Source: an uncultured Gammaproteobacteria bacterium
GTDB lineage: Bacteria > Patescibacteriota > Patescibacteriia > UBA9934
Reading direction: 5' to 3'
Assembly (NCBI GenBank): GCA_964452565.1
Contig: CAYVLY010000002.1
Coordinates: 22,661-86,660, forward strand
DNA: 64,000 nt
The notes below the pieces were generated by a model that saw only the letters and a program-made list of their open reading frames with translations, was not told where the DNA came from and did not search any database. Below, one piece after another: positions 39,070-49,800 of the stretch. The translations under genes were made by a program, and so were the position numbers. The first letter of the stretch is position 1, and the number at the start of each line of letters is the position of its first letter.

Positions 39070-41673
39070 TTACATTTCTCTACGTGCAAGATCCATCTGT
39101 CTTGCCATATTATTTAATTCACGGTTGGTCACTGTACGATCGGCTGCGGGTCTATTTCCTTCTGCCGCTACTGCAGAACGCATTTGATCAACAATATTTC
39201 GCACATTGTCTCTATCAGCATCGGTTTGCGCCGCATTGTACTGCTGTAGCAGTCTATCAACATCTTGACGACTGTATGATTCAGTAACTGCCCTGGTCAC
39301 ATCATTACCTGCCCCTGCATTAACTGCATTTTGAATATGATTTTGGAAATTGACAATAACATCTGGGTTACCTCGTGATGCCTCACGCAATGTTGCCGTA
39401 GCATTGGCATCCATTGAACCATCCGCAGCCACTTGTATTACATCTGTTGCAGCTTCTCCAGACCTTAGACGTGCTGTGTCATACATACGCCTATCATTTA
39501 CGCTGGCTGCAGCGGTACTAAGATCTCGCAATGCAGCCTGAATGTTAGCCTGAGCCGCAGCGTCAATGCCTTCCATATTATGTCCGCCACGTGCAAGCCC
39601 ATTAGCAACTTCTTGCGCACGTGCAGGGTCTGCAACATGATCTGCAGTAATATTCCCAGCATCAACCACACCAGCTCGCACTGCCTCAGCGATTTGATCA
39701 GCAGATGCCTGATCCAGGTTTACATCACCAGTAAATCCAGTAAGTGCCGCGTTCTTAACTTCATCTTTAACACCACGACCAGCCTTAAGCTGATCAAGCA
39801 TGTTCTCCGTGCGCTGCGATCCATCCGGGGCAGTCCATGAACGAACTGTTTTATTCTCAAGCGCCTGTCGAATTTCTGGATCTGCAATATCATCTGCTGA
39901 GAGTTGATTCACCTTAAAGTCGCTATCGGAGACAATATCGTTGAGCTCTTTCTGAGTATCAAAATTGGGATCTGCTGCGACCTTACCATCAATCCATTCA
40001 CGCAAGTTTCCAGCCTTTGTCTTCTTGAAATCCTTTTTCTGCTTGTCATCCGTGAGCAACTCATTTTTGTTCTTGTCAACATGCTGCATAGAAGCTCGCA
40101 TGAATTGCTTGTATGCATCTGGATCCATGTCCTTCTTGAGTTTCTTTCTAAAAGTAGAATCTGTTGTAGCGTCAAGCATAAGAGCTTCTTGCCTTCTTTG
40201 CTCCGATAGAGTCATTGCTTGAGGTTTTCCAGTTCTTGGATCAACCTGCACAGAACCAGCTCTTGCTACACGCTCCTCTATTGTCATTCCCTGAACCTCC
40301 TCACGTGCCTTTTCGCGACCTGCAATATCTGGAGCTGCAGCACCACGTCTCACAGCGCCTGCTGCTCCCATAACACGCGTTCCAACAGCACGGCCAATAA
40401 AGCCACCCCTTTCCGCCATTGCCTGTCCAGCACCCATTAAACCTTTGCTAAGCTTCTGACCAACTCCGAACCTTCCCTCGATCTGTCTTCCAGCCTGCTT
40501 TCCGGTCCATCTAGCTCCTCGATATGCAGTAGAGGCCGGTAGAGTAAGTGCACTTTTTACCATCTTCTTTCCAACGTCTTCGGTTACAAGCTTTCCTGCA
40601 ATATTTCCAAGTTGCTGCGCTGCAGAGCTGGCAACTTTAAATCCAGTCATGATGAGAATCAGGGCGATACCCAAACTTACAAGCTTTTCTGATAGGAAAA
40701 TCTCAGCTAATAGCGTAGGGATATCCTCAGTTCCTTCAAAGTCCAATCCCTCAGATACGGCAATTGGACCTGCTGAGGCCGCTGCCAGACCAAGCCATAG
40801 GAAAAAGGTTAGAATCGGGCCAAGTGTCAAAGCTGCTGTAAACATGTTCCACCACTCCTTATAGCGACCGCCAGCTTCACCAAACAATTGTGTAATACCT
40901 CCCAAGAAAAATGCAATTGGTGACAGGATCACTAGCACCCAGAGAACAATGATTCGATATAAATAAACAACTGCCAATATGATAAGTACTCCTAGGACAA
41001 CCAAGAGCAGCGACAAAACAACAAAGAATTCCGCAAACATTGTATAGAGTTCAACCCCTGTTTGACCTAGAGCTGTTTGGGTGTCCCCCATCACTACAAA
41101 ATCATTGAGCTGGAACAAGCTCATAAAGTTACCGGCAGCTATATCACGCAAAGCATTCACAAAAGTGAACATGATTACCTGCGAAACATCGATCATGATA
41201 AGACAAATCGTTCGACTAAAGTTTACAAGAACAACAGCTGTGAAGAATCGGGGTAGTTGAGCTTCCCACTGGGCCTTTGAGTATCCAATGATTGTCTGCA
41301 GTGCGATAACCAATAGCACAACAATTACAAACATGTTTACAACATCTCTAACTAGCGGCCATCCAATGTCAATTATTGCGCTGTCACCAAAGTTGTTATA
41401 ACCAAGAATCGGGATGATTAATGCACCTAAGACCATTACAATCAGTTTTCCAACGACTGAGAGTAAAACAGCTAGCATTTGGGCTAGTAGTCCAAGAACA
41501 GCCTCAAACAGTGTTGATAGTGAGCTGGAGAGTATATCATCCAGATCTGACGCAAAGGCCACGCTTGGCAGTGATGCCAAAACTACGAAAATAAACGCAA
41601 AAAATACAATGCCCGATCTGTGTATTGTTACCCATTTACACAGTTGCAATGCACCCAATTTTATTTTTTCCAT
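39070..41673 (-). CDS. VirB6/TrbL-like polytopic membrane protein with long C-terminal extension
   Basis: GW..VRD..N, LVNFS, R...LW.L.ILSP.AF TM core; start at MEKIKL, 9 nt after TATAAT. Confidence 0.8.
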   Translation of the reverse strand: MEKIKLGALQLCKWVTIHRSGIVFFAFIFVVLASLPSVAFASDLDDILSSSLSTLFEAVLGLLAQMLAVLLSVVGKLIVMVLGALIIPILGYNNFGDSAIIDIGWPLVRDVVNMFVIVVLLVIALQTIIGYSKAQWEAQLPRFFTAVVLVNFSRTICLIMIDVSQVIMFTFVNALRDIAAGNFMSLFQLNDFVVMGDTQTALGQTGVELYTMFAEFFVVLSLLLVVLGVLIILAVVYLYRIIVLWVLVILSPIAFFLGGITQLFGEAGGRYKEWWNMFTAALTLGPILTFFLWLGLAAASAGPIAVSEGLDFEGTEDIPTLLAEIFLSEKLVSLGIALILIMTGFKVASSAAQQLGNIAGKLVTEDVGKKMVKSALTLPASTAYRGARWTGKQAGRQIEGRFGVGQKLSKGLMGAGQAMAERGGFIGRAVGTRVMGAAGAVRRGAAAPDIAGREKAREEVQGMTIEERVARAGSVQVDPRTGKPQAMTLSEQRRQEALMLDATTDSTFRKKLKKDMDPDAYKQFMRASMQHVDKNKNELLTDDKQKKDFKKTKAGNLREWIDGKVAADPNFDTQKELNDIVSDSDFKVNQLSADDIADPEIRQALENKTVRSWTAPDGSQRTENMLDQLKAGRGVKDEVKNAALTGFTGDVNLDQASADQIAEAVRAGVVDAGNITADHVADPARAQEVANGLARGGHNMEGIDAAAQANIQAALRDLSTAAASVNDRRMYDTARLRSGEAATDVIQVAADGSMDANATATLREASRGNPDVIVNFQNHIQNAVNAGAGNDVTRAVTESYSRQDVDRLLQQYNAAQTDADRDNVRNIVDQMRSAVAAEGNRPAADRTVTNRELNNMARQMDLARREM

Positions 41674-41751
41674 ACTGTGAGTATTATAGCACGGCAGAGT
41701 CGTTTTTTTGAGTGTACTTTGTTGGTTTGAGGATAAAAACATCTGCTAACT

Positions 41752-41778
41752 GGGTCTGACCCTAGTTGGGTCTGACCC
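41752..41778. repeat. Tandem GGGTCTGACCC REP-like palindromes downstream of RAYT-1
   Basis: Copies at 41752-41762 and 41768-41778. Confidence 0.85.
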
Positions 41779-41791
41779 CCTGCATTAAAGC

Positions 41792-42340
41792 CTATAAACC
41801 ACCTAAAACAAAATCTCGATATTTTCCTACAGCAACTTTGTGATTGTACGAGAATAGCCTCAAAATATCCCCTATATCTAACCAATCATTAGGTCTGCAA
41901 TAATCTGCAGTGCTTCTGTAACTACTCCACTGCCAGGCCGCGGGATGACTCACAATACCAGCTCGCACGGGATTTAAAACAATATACCTAATAGCTTCCA
42001 GAAAATATTCGTCATTAGCAATAAGTGAAGAGTGGAAACGACCCTGAAAAACATGACCTTTGCAATTTATTTTCTTACTATACAATCGACCAAACTGACC
42101 ATTTATATACTGAATGCTACTCGATATATTGGCTCTTGGAGTTTCTATTAAGGCATGGTAATGGTTGGGCATAATGCAATATGCATACACTCTAATCGCA
42201 TATTTACGAACAGCTTTGTTTAACAGCCCAAGTAGGTCTTTCTTATTTTGGTCGGATCGAAAAATGGACCTCTTCCAATTGCCCCGTGCGCTTATGTGAT
42301 ACATTGCGTGCTTAAATTGTATCCTCGAAGGTCTTGGCAT
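41792..42340 (-). mobile_element. REP-associated tyrosine transposase (Y1/HUH) RAYT-1
   Basis: MPRPSR..YHISARGN, YCIMPNHYH (HuH), FQGRF, YIVLNPVRAG, WSSY. Confidence 0.92.
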
Positions 42341-42357
42341 ATATCTTTCTTTATTTT

Positions 42358-42368
42358 GGGTCTGACCC
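42358..42368. repeat. GGGTCTGACCC palindrome upstream of RAYT-1
   Basis: Inside extended inverted repeat TATTTTGGG..CCCCAAAATA. Confidence 0.85.
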
Positions 42369-42426
42369 CAAAATATTAGGCATTGATGCGGGCCGTGAGA
42401 CGGCCCGCTACGTACTCGAATACAAG

Positions 42427-44331
42427 TTATTCGAGGGTTCGGCAATCTGAGCTTGAAAGTGTATACACTTCCCCATCCTCTACCTCGAAGCACAGTGCAT
42501 ACGAACCATCTGTGTTTTCGTGACACAGGTCCGAAGTACTTGAGCTCGAAGCACAGTAATGGTTGTAGATCGCCCACTCAGATGAGGTGCGCATGGTCAT
42601 TCGATACCAGCCGTCGTAAAGCCCGTACCAAGCCATGTCTGTTTCGCTGTCATATTCTGCGAGGTCTGCGCTGCTGTATCCCCAGCCGGAATCGACACCA
42701 ACGCCGGTTGCTGCGACGTCATTGCCGTTGACGGATGAACTGAAGGTCTCACTGACCTGCAGGCCAATCCAAGGACCATCAATGCGAACCCATGATAGGC
42801 CCTCGCCAAGATTATCAGCAAGATAATCGCTGGGATCATCCTGCTCTCTCCCATCATCTGAAGGATCATCTTGCACGTCAGGCTCTCCAGTGTCAGGATC
42901 GTCCTGATGATCATCTGGCTCATCCAATGGATCACCAGTATCATCGGGTTCGTCGTCCTGTCGTTCATTGCTGTAGTCGCCTGTGTCCTCCGGCTCATAG
43001 TCCTCAGGTTCATCGTCGTAGTCATCCGTATCTTCCCATTCACCAGTGTCACCACTGCCGTCCCACGATTCTCCGCCGCAGTAGAGTAGATCGTCATAGG
43101 TAATGCACCCGAGTGAGCGATCACAGTCCCCGACTGACCCTTGGATATCACGGACTGCGCCATCATCGAGTAGGATGACTTCGCGGGCCCAAAACCCAAG
43201 CGCCAAGTAGGTGTCCCAATCAAAAATTGGGTATGCAGCTCCCTGCATGATGACGTATACGTCTGAGGTTGAGGTCTCTGTGACGAGCGTGCCCGCGCGC
43301 AATGTGGCTGTTTCGACACTCTCGTAGTAGTAGTCGAAGAGCTCAGTGTTGGTTGAGAGGTCGTCGTATGTTGAGGCGCTGATGCCCCAGCTTTTGAGTA
43401 TGGCCTGCCAGTGATCAGACGGTACGCGGTAGCGCAAGTAGTCCTCTCCATCCTGTGCGCCAACAAGTAGCCACACTACCCCCTCATCATAGACAGCCGT
43501 GATCTGAGTCTCATCGCTGAAGTTGGCGCCAGTCATGTAGCATGCGAGCTCTGTCTCGTCGACATATGCCACCTGTGAAAAATCCCAGTTGTAACTCCAG
43601 AATACACCCTCATCCTCAATGAGATGCTTGTAGCCATCATTGAGCATGTACACGTCAGGTGAATTCGGCGTCATGACCAGGGTTCCATCTGGATGCCAGA
43701 CAGGTGTTTCCATCCGAGATGAGTAGAGGTGTCCGCCCGACAGGTCACAGACGAACTCAGAGGTGAGATATGCGTCATAGTTGCCGGTGTTGGCATCATA
43801 GGCCTCGATCATCAGACCTTCGATCGACGTACCCTGAAGGCCATCATCTGAGGCGTATCCACTATGGCGACCGATGTGAAGATGGTCGCCAGATGAATCG
43901 CCTGTGGTGCCCTCGATGGCAATGAGCTGACCCTGCGCTACTTCCTCGCCGCTCTGGATCAGTACGTCATCAAGGTGCGCCAGGATGATGTAGGTGCCAT
44001 CTGACATATCGATGTTTACGTGGATACCAAATCCACTTGATTCATCGCTGTGCACATAGGCGGTGCCGCTGATAGGCGCGTAGATGTAGTCATCGCTGTC
44101 ATTAGGTGTATCCAAATCCAGATCGTAGCGTGTTGAGGTGTAGGTGTGCGAGTATTCGCCGTCTGCGCCTTGCGTACACAGCGAGGTGTAGCCATAGGCG
44201 AAAGGCATCTGAATGGTCACAACATCCTGACCACCTCCACCAAAGCCCTCGCAGCCATGTGCCAGCGCGAAGGTCATGAATGTGATGAAAACGATGAGAA
44301 ACGAGTAAAGGGCGTGACGAAAGTTGAACAT
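42427..44331 (-). CDS. Secreted M23 peptidase with two surface repeats and D/E/P-rich linker
   Basis: Signal peptide or possible lipobox (LAHGC); AHL and GTTG.SSG.HLH; GTLV..SPDVY repeats; GAGG SD before ATG 44331. Confidence 0.85.
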   Translation of the reverse strand: MFNFRHALYSFLIVFITFMTFALAHGCEGFGGGGQDVVTIQMPFAYGYTSLCTQGADGEYSHTYTSTRYDLDLDTPNDSDDYIYAPISGTAYVHSDESSGFGIHVNIDMSDGTYIILAHLDDVLIQSGEEVAQGQLIAIEGTTGDSSGDHLHIGRHSGYASDDGLQGTSIEGLMIEAYDANTGNYDAYLTSEFVCDLSGGHLYSSRMETPVWHPDGTLVMTPNSPDVYMLNDGYKHLIEDEGVFWSYNWDFSQVAYVDETELACYMTGANFSDETQITAVYDEGVVWLLVGAQDGEDYLRYRVPSDHWQAILKSWGISASTYDDLSTNTELFDYYYESVETATLRAGTLVTETSTSDVYVIMQGAAYPIFDWDTYLALGFWAREVILLDDGAVRDIQGSVGDCDRSLGCITYDDLLYCGGESWDGSGDTGEWEDTDDYDDEPEDYEPEDTGDYSNERQDDEPDDTGDPLDEPDDHQDDPDTGEPDVQDDPSDDGREQDDPSDYLADNLGEGLSWVRIDGPWIGLQVSETFSSSVNGNDVAATGVGVDSGWGYSSADLAEYDSETDMAWYGLYDGWYRMTMRTSSEWAIYNHYCASSSSTSDLCHENTDGSYALCFEVEDGEVYTLSSSDCRTLE

Positions 44332-45015
44332 GGTAACCTCACGTTCTAAGGGATTGTGAGGCGGTGATCCATTATTGGTTGACCGTCTCTGCCTACATAG
44401 GAGTACGTTATGGGACTGTTTCCGAATACTCTTTTGAGAATAAATCTCAGAAATTCGAGCGGATTTCTTCAAAGATTTTTGAAGGAATGCCGGGGCATTA
44501 TTGAAAAAATATTTGAAGAAATATGCCGGATTTATGAGGTTTAGGCCAAAAACGGTATTTGGAAACAGTCCCACTGTAGACAGAGACGCTCTTTAGTTCG
44601 CAGGCGCTTGAGGACGCGAGTTTCACGCGCCCGCTCACTAAAGAAAATAGAAGTTGTACGGACATGTGTGCTTCCCACTCCCCTAAAGAAACACATTTTG
44701 AAACGTATCGGGCCACAGCATCGTTTGCCAATGCGCAAAGTTCTCTCCTCTTAATACACATTAGGTTACGGGTGGTGCAGTCGCAATACGTTAATCAAAC
44801 CTGGCTCGAGATTTGGTTTGATCGGGTGCTGTGCAGAATGCAAAGCTGCGAACGTTCTATATCTATTGCACTCGAGATCGCGGTGGCTCGCAATAGGCAA
44901 AATGGGTGAAAATGGCAAAAAAGGTGTTGAAGGGCTTCAACACCTTTTTGATTCGCGCCGAGCCTTAGCTCGAAATCCTGTCTAACGCCCTTTGACACCC
45001 AATGGGGATAAGTCA

Positions 45016-45042
45016 AACTACCAACGTTACACGTTGGTAGTT
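45016..45042. repeat. REP-like palindrome upstream of RAYT-2
   Basis: AACTACCAACGT-TAC-ACGTTGGTAGTT. Confidence 0.9.
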
Positions 45043-45100
45043 TTTGAAACAATGTGTTGTAATATAAAAACACTCCCTACTAATTATTAGCTGGGAGTTT

Positions 45101-45682
45101 ATGCGTCCATATACTTTTCTCACAGGAGACTACTACCATATATACAATCGGGGTGTCGATAAACGAGATATATTCTTAGATCAATATGACTATCTTAGAT
45201 TTATGAAATCTCTTTATACTATCAATAACAAAGTTCACAAACCCGGCAATTCGATTTCCAAGTATTCATCAAAGCTACTTCTCAAAAATGACCTTTTTGC
45301 ATCTGTGCACTGCTTCTGTCTAATGCCAAATCATTATCACCTGCTCGTCGAGCAAGTTAATGATAATGGAATTACTAAATTGATGAATAGACTTGGCAAT
45401 AGTTACACAAAATACTTTAACGAAAAATATAAACGTAAGGGTAGATTGTTCTCGAGCAGCTTTCAGTCAGTATCGGTTAAAAGCACGGAGCAGCTCATCC
45501 ACCTTTCAAGATATATTCACAACAACCCAAAAAAGATAAATGAGCGTATCAGCTCATATACCTGGTCAAGCCTTAGGGCATATCTCAACGACAAGATCTA
45601 TCCCTTTATATCGACGAACAAAATAATGAGTCACTTCATAAGTAAAGACGATTACTTGCAATACATAACTACCAACGTTTAA
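45101..45682 (+). mobile_element. REP-associated tyrosine transposase (Y1/HUH) RAYT-2
   Basis: YYHIYNRGVDK, FCLMPNHYH, YFN.KY.R.G.LF, YIHNNP, YTWSS. Confidence 0.92.
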
Positions 45683-45693
45683 CGTTGGTAGTT
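45667..45693. repeat. REP-like palindrome overlapping the RAYT-2 stop codon
   Basis: AACTACCAACGT-TTA-ACGTTGGTAGTT. Confidence 0.9.
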
Positions 45694-45853
45694 GGTCAAG
45701 CATAGGAGGGGGTTAGTTGTCAACATGTTTTGCAGTGTTTTATCCACAGCTTGTGTGTATGCGAAATCCGCCGGATGGCGGATTTTTGGCGAAAGTTGCG
45801 GAAATATCGAAGCTCGGGCTCGAGTTTGACTTTTTTAAAAAAAACTTGACAGA

Positions 45854-45882
45854 TTGACAAAAGCCCTAAAATGGGCTATAGT
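45854..45882 (+). promoter_or_regulatory. Sigma70 promoter of the GC-rich lipoprotein gene
   Basis: TTGACA-17 nt-TATAGT. Confidence 0.75.
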
Positions 45883-45989
45883 TAGGACAGTTAGTCCCTT
45901 CTGAAGTTCCTGTGCAGGTCACATTCTGTGAGCCCGCACCGCAGCCGCGCTACTTCAGGCGCACCACCCCCTGCCCCTAAGGAGGCAAC

Positions 45990-46670
45990 ATGTTCCGCAC
46001 CTACGCGTTCATGCTCATCGCTCTCCTCGCGGCCCTGGTGGGCTGCGAGAACACCAACCCCGACACCGGCGACACGCCCGACGACACCAACATCCCGGTC
46101 GAGGTCGTGACCATCACCGTGCAGGCCACGCTCGACGGCATCGAGGTCGAAAAGCAGCCTGTCTCGCTGGTCGACACCGCAGACGAGAGCCTGGCCGATG
46201 GCATCACCGGCGAGCCCATCTCCGTCGAGCTGCGCGGCACCGCCCAAGTCAAGGTCGGCCCCACCGATGCCTACGTCACCGCCGACGGCTACCGCATCCA
46301 CGAAATCGGCGACGCCGAGTACGTGCACCGCGCTGCCTACGTCGACACCGACACCTCGGAGGACCCGGTCACGGTGAGCCTGAACCGCTACGTCTACGGC
46401 GAGGACGTCGAGTGCGACGTGTACCGCGATGGCGCCTACATGACGACCTTCGACGAGGGCACCATCGAGACCCAGGACGGCTACAAGCTGGCCTTCCCCG
46501 AGATGACGGGCGACGGAAGCTGGTTCGAGTTCGACGGCAACAGCGTCGAGTTCGTAGGCGACCTGCCGGACGACGGCTTCTACCTGATCGACTTCGAGGT
46601 CCAGGACTCCGCGATCGTCTTCAGCTACGGCTCAGAGATGTACACGAACGAGATCACCTGCCACCTCTAG
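45990..46670 (+). CDS. Acidic lipoprotein with very GC-rich codon usage
   Basis: LLAALVGC lipobox; AAGGAGG SD; almost all third positions are G/C. Confidence 0.85.
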   Translation: MFRTYAFMLIALLAALVGCENTNPDTGDTPDDTNIPVEVVTITVQATLDGIEVEKQPVSLVDTADESLADGITGEPISVELRGTAQVKVGPTDAYVTADGYRIHEIGDAEYVHRAAYVDTDTSEDPVTVSLNRYVYGEDVECDVYRDGAYMTTFDEGTIETQDGYKLAFPEMTGDGSWFEFDGNSVEFVGDLPDDGFYLIDFEVQDSAIVFSYGSEMYTNEITCHL

Positions 46671-46734
46671 CCGACACGTCGGGACCCTTCTACGGCCCAC
46701 CCATCCTCTCGGATGCGGTGGGCTCTCTGCTTTA

Positions 46735-46769
46735 AAAGAACCCTCACAAGGAGGGTTCTTTCTTTTTTT
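46735..46769. terminator. Hairpin terminator between convergent genes
   Basis: AAAGAACCCTC-ACAAG-GAGGGTTCTTT followed by T run. Confidence 0.7.
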
Positions 46770-46777
46770 ATTCGAAC

Positions 46778-46816
46778 AGATCCTTCGACTCGCCCTTTAG
46801 GCTCGCTCAGGATGAC
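46778..46816. repeat. Half GTCATCCTGAG element after the giant-protein stop codon
   Basis: AGATCCTTCG..CGCTCAGGATGAC. Confidence 0.8.
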
Positions 46817-46825
46817 ACAATCTTC

Positions 46826-49800
46826 TTACTCTTCAACTGTTATAAATCCATCATAGTAAATCCACGGATCATAGCCTGCATAAAATTCTGGGTAGTAGTC
46901 ATAGCTGCATTCACTGTCAGATGCCTGACTGCTCAAATCTCCATACGCGTCAAAGCATCCGGCTTCGTCGCAAACTCCAGCGCACCATCCCCAGTTGTCT
47001 CGGACATGAACACGTGGTTGATAGATACATGATTCACCGTCATTGCTACATGGGCTGTTTGTTAAGTTGCCATTGTCATCAGTAACACACACTGGCAATC
47101 CACCTGGATCTGTACATCGATATGAGTGCTGGTATAAGAAGTAGTTTGGATCACATGAATCTCCAGTAAGCCCCCACTCTGTATCAAGACTACACTTAGA
47201 TAGTACTGTAGTATCCTCCTCGCCACCATCAGTACCGTCTTGCAAACCACGGTGGTTTTTATAGTAGTTCTCGTCATCATCAGATCCTGACTCATCACCA
47301 TCCCCCCAATCCACAATCACCCTTCGAAGCGGCAGCTGATCCTTATCTGCTGCAGCATAGAACTTGATAGTTGCACGGTAGAATCCTTCACTACCCTCTT
47401 GGTCTCCAGTGCTTTGGTTGTTCAATGTGATGGCACTCTCAGTTCCCTCTGAACAATACCGAGCTCCACAATCATCAGAGTCTACTGCCCAAACAGTCGG
47501 AGGTGTGCCAGTGTCACGAATATCATAATCATATTCGGTGTAATCCGTTGTATCATAGGTTGGATCTCCAACATCTGACAGATCAGATACTGCGGTATAA
47601 ACATCGTTATCATCGATATTACCTGGCCAAGTCCACATACTTCCCAGTCCGAGAGGATTTGCAAACAACTGGTTTATACGATCAAACACATCGTCCAAAT
47701 CCTCTGAATTCGTATCCCATGGAGTTGCCTCGCTCGCATCCGGAATGTACTCAAAGTAGATATATGATCTCCCATCTGGAGCTGTAGGATCATAACTAGT
47801 TCGCTCATAAAAGTCTGTGGCGTTGTACAGTTCATAATCACATACCTCGTCATTACCCTCATCATGGATGGAAATCTTAGAGGTCTTTGATGTCCCACCT
47901 GCGCAGGACGCAACTATTTCTGGACCATATGAGTAAATATCGTTTTGATCAAAATCACTGTATTGTTCAGGATTTATGGCTGATCCAAATGGTGAGTTGG
48001 TTGTTTCATACGTATATTGCAAGGCGGTCTCTCTTTCTGATATCACCTCTTCTGCAGCTGCATAGAACATGCTAGTTAATGGTGCGGTTACACCGTCGCT
48101 AGATGAACCGGTCTGCAGTATATCTCTACATCCAGGATATGGTGTATATAGATCTGGAATGTCTAAGTATCTATAGCCCTGTGTTCCAGAATCAGAATAC
48201 CCATCGCTTCCTCCACTAAAGGAAACCATATCCCAAATACTCATATCACGCTCAATTCCAAATGACACACAGTCGTCATAGTCACTCAGCATTAATGTAA
48301 ACTCTTCATAGTCAGTAGGATCATCATCACTTTCATATTCATTCCCGCTGTCAAATGCGCGGTGTGACCATATATAATAGTAAGTTTCAGTATAATTACT
48401 GCTCTTCATGCTACCCTCTTGGTCATAGTTCCAGCCTTGACCACGTATTTTACTGTCCTCACTTGATAAAAAGTCGTCATAGCAGGACTCCCCCTGTTCT
48501 CCATCATCCTCACTCGCATGAATGGCGTCTTCTGGAATACACACATATGGACAGTCATTCTGAGCTTCAACACATGCCTGAGCAGCCATGTCAGTCCAAT
48601 TCAATGTACTTCCGTTATCAATGTCATAATCATCGTGACCACACCTTCCCAAGATGGCAAAGTACCCTTCTGGACATGTGAGATTACCTGCGCATTCATT
48701 TATTCCTGTCCATTGATTACCTTTATTACAGCTGCTTTCTATTTCAGCACAGGCAACACCCCCGCCACTGTAACCATATTCATCATTGTAATTCTCACTT
48801 AACAAATCTAGGTATGGGCTCACATATGTACACATGTACATGTCATTGAAAAATCCTGCAGTCTTGTACTTAGCATACAAGTCAGTTGCACCTGATAGCT
48901 GATCAACTGGGAACCATGTCAGACATGCTCCAGTGTATTGATCGCCTTCAATATTTAATCCTGTATCTCGCTCCAAACAGTATCCCTCAAGTCCGTATAG
49001 TGTATTCTCCTCAGTAATACGATCGCAAGTTGCATCTGCCTCTGCTGTAGTTGCATCAGGACTGATACAGTCAGATGGATCTGTACATATTGCACCAGCA
49101 ACCGGACTTGTTGCTGAACAAATCCCAATGAATGATTCAGCCAAGTATGAGGAAGATGGGCTTAGATATACAGATACTCCACCACTATTAGTAACCTTTG
49201 CATATGAACAAACACAGTCCTCAGAGGCAGCACAGGTCTCCACCTGTCCAAAGCCAGACAAGAACGACCGAGGAGTAGCTGCCCCGAAGCCAGTGCTAAG
49301 AAGTAATGACTCTTCCATGTCGGTTGTAGTGCTCAGCGTGGATGCCAATGAATTTGTGTAACTCCACTCACTTATAACACCCTCACCGAACGGACTATTT
49401 ATTTCAGGCTGTGCTCGGCAAGCCTGACCTTCGTACATTGCCTCTTCAAATGGCTCGCCATCCATTGCCAAGAAACATGAACCGCTATAACAGCTTCCTT
49501 GTTTATATGCGACAGATGTGAAGCAGCTCTCGCCAGACTCACAACTCAAGTCGCTCAAATCACAATAATCACCTTCGATAACACAGGTTCCAGAGAGACA
49601 CTCTTCGCCAGAGGCGGTGTCACAATCATCATCGTCATTACATACATCCGCTCCAACTGTGTAACAGACACCTGGGACACACTCAGCGCCTGAAGTTTCA
49701 CAATCATCTTCGTCAGTACATGCAGATCCATTATCTGTACAGTATCCGACCGCACAATCCTCTGAATATTCATCAGTACATGCCCCTGCTATGTATCCAA

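Noticed and set aside
42341-42577. N-terminal extension of RAYT-1 in the ORF track
   Set aside because: Overlaps the M23 gene and the REP; the family-typical start MPRPSR is at 42340.
44332-45073. Short ORFs (44498-44761, 44664-44909, 44795-45073) and upstream extension of the M23 ORF
   Set aside because: No recognisable motifs and they overlap each other; treated as non-coding, though a regulatory RNA cannot be excluded.
45740-45748. DnaA box TTATCCACA
   Set aside because: Single copy, with no box cluster or dnaA nearby; not enough for an origin call.
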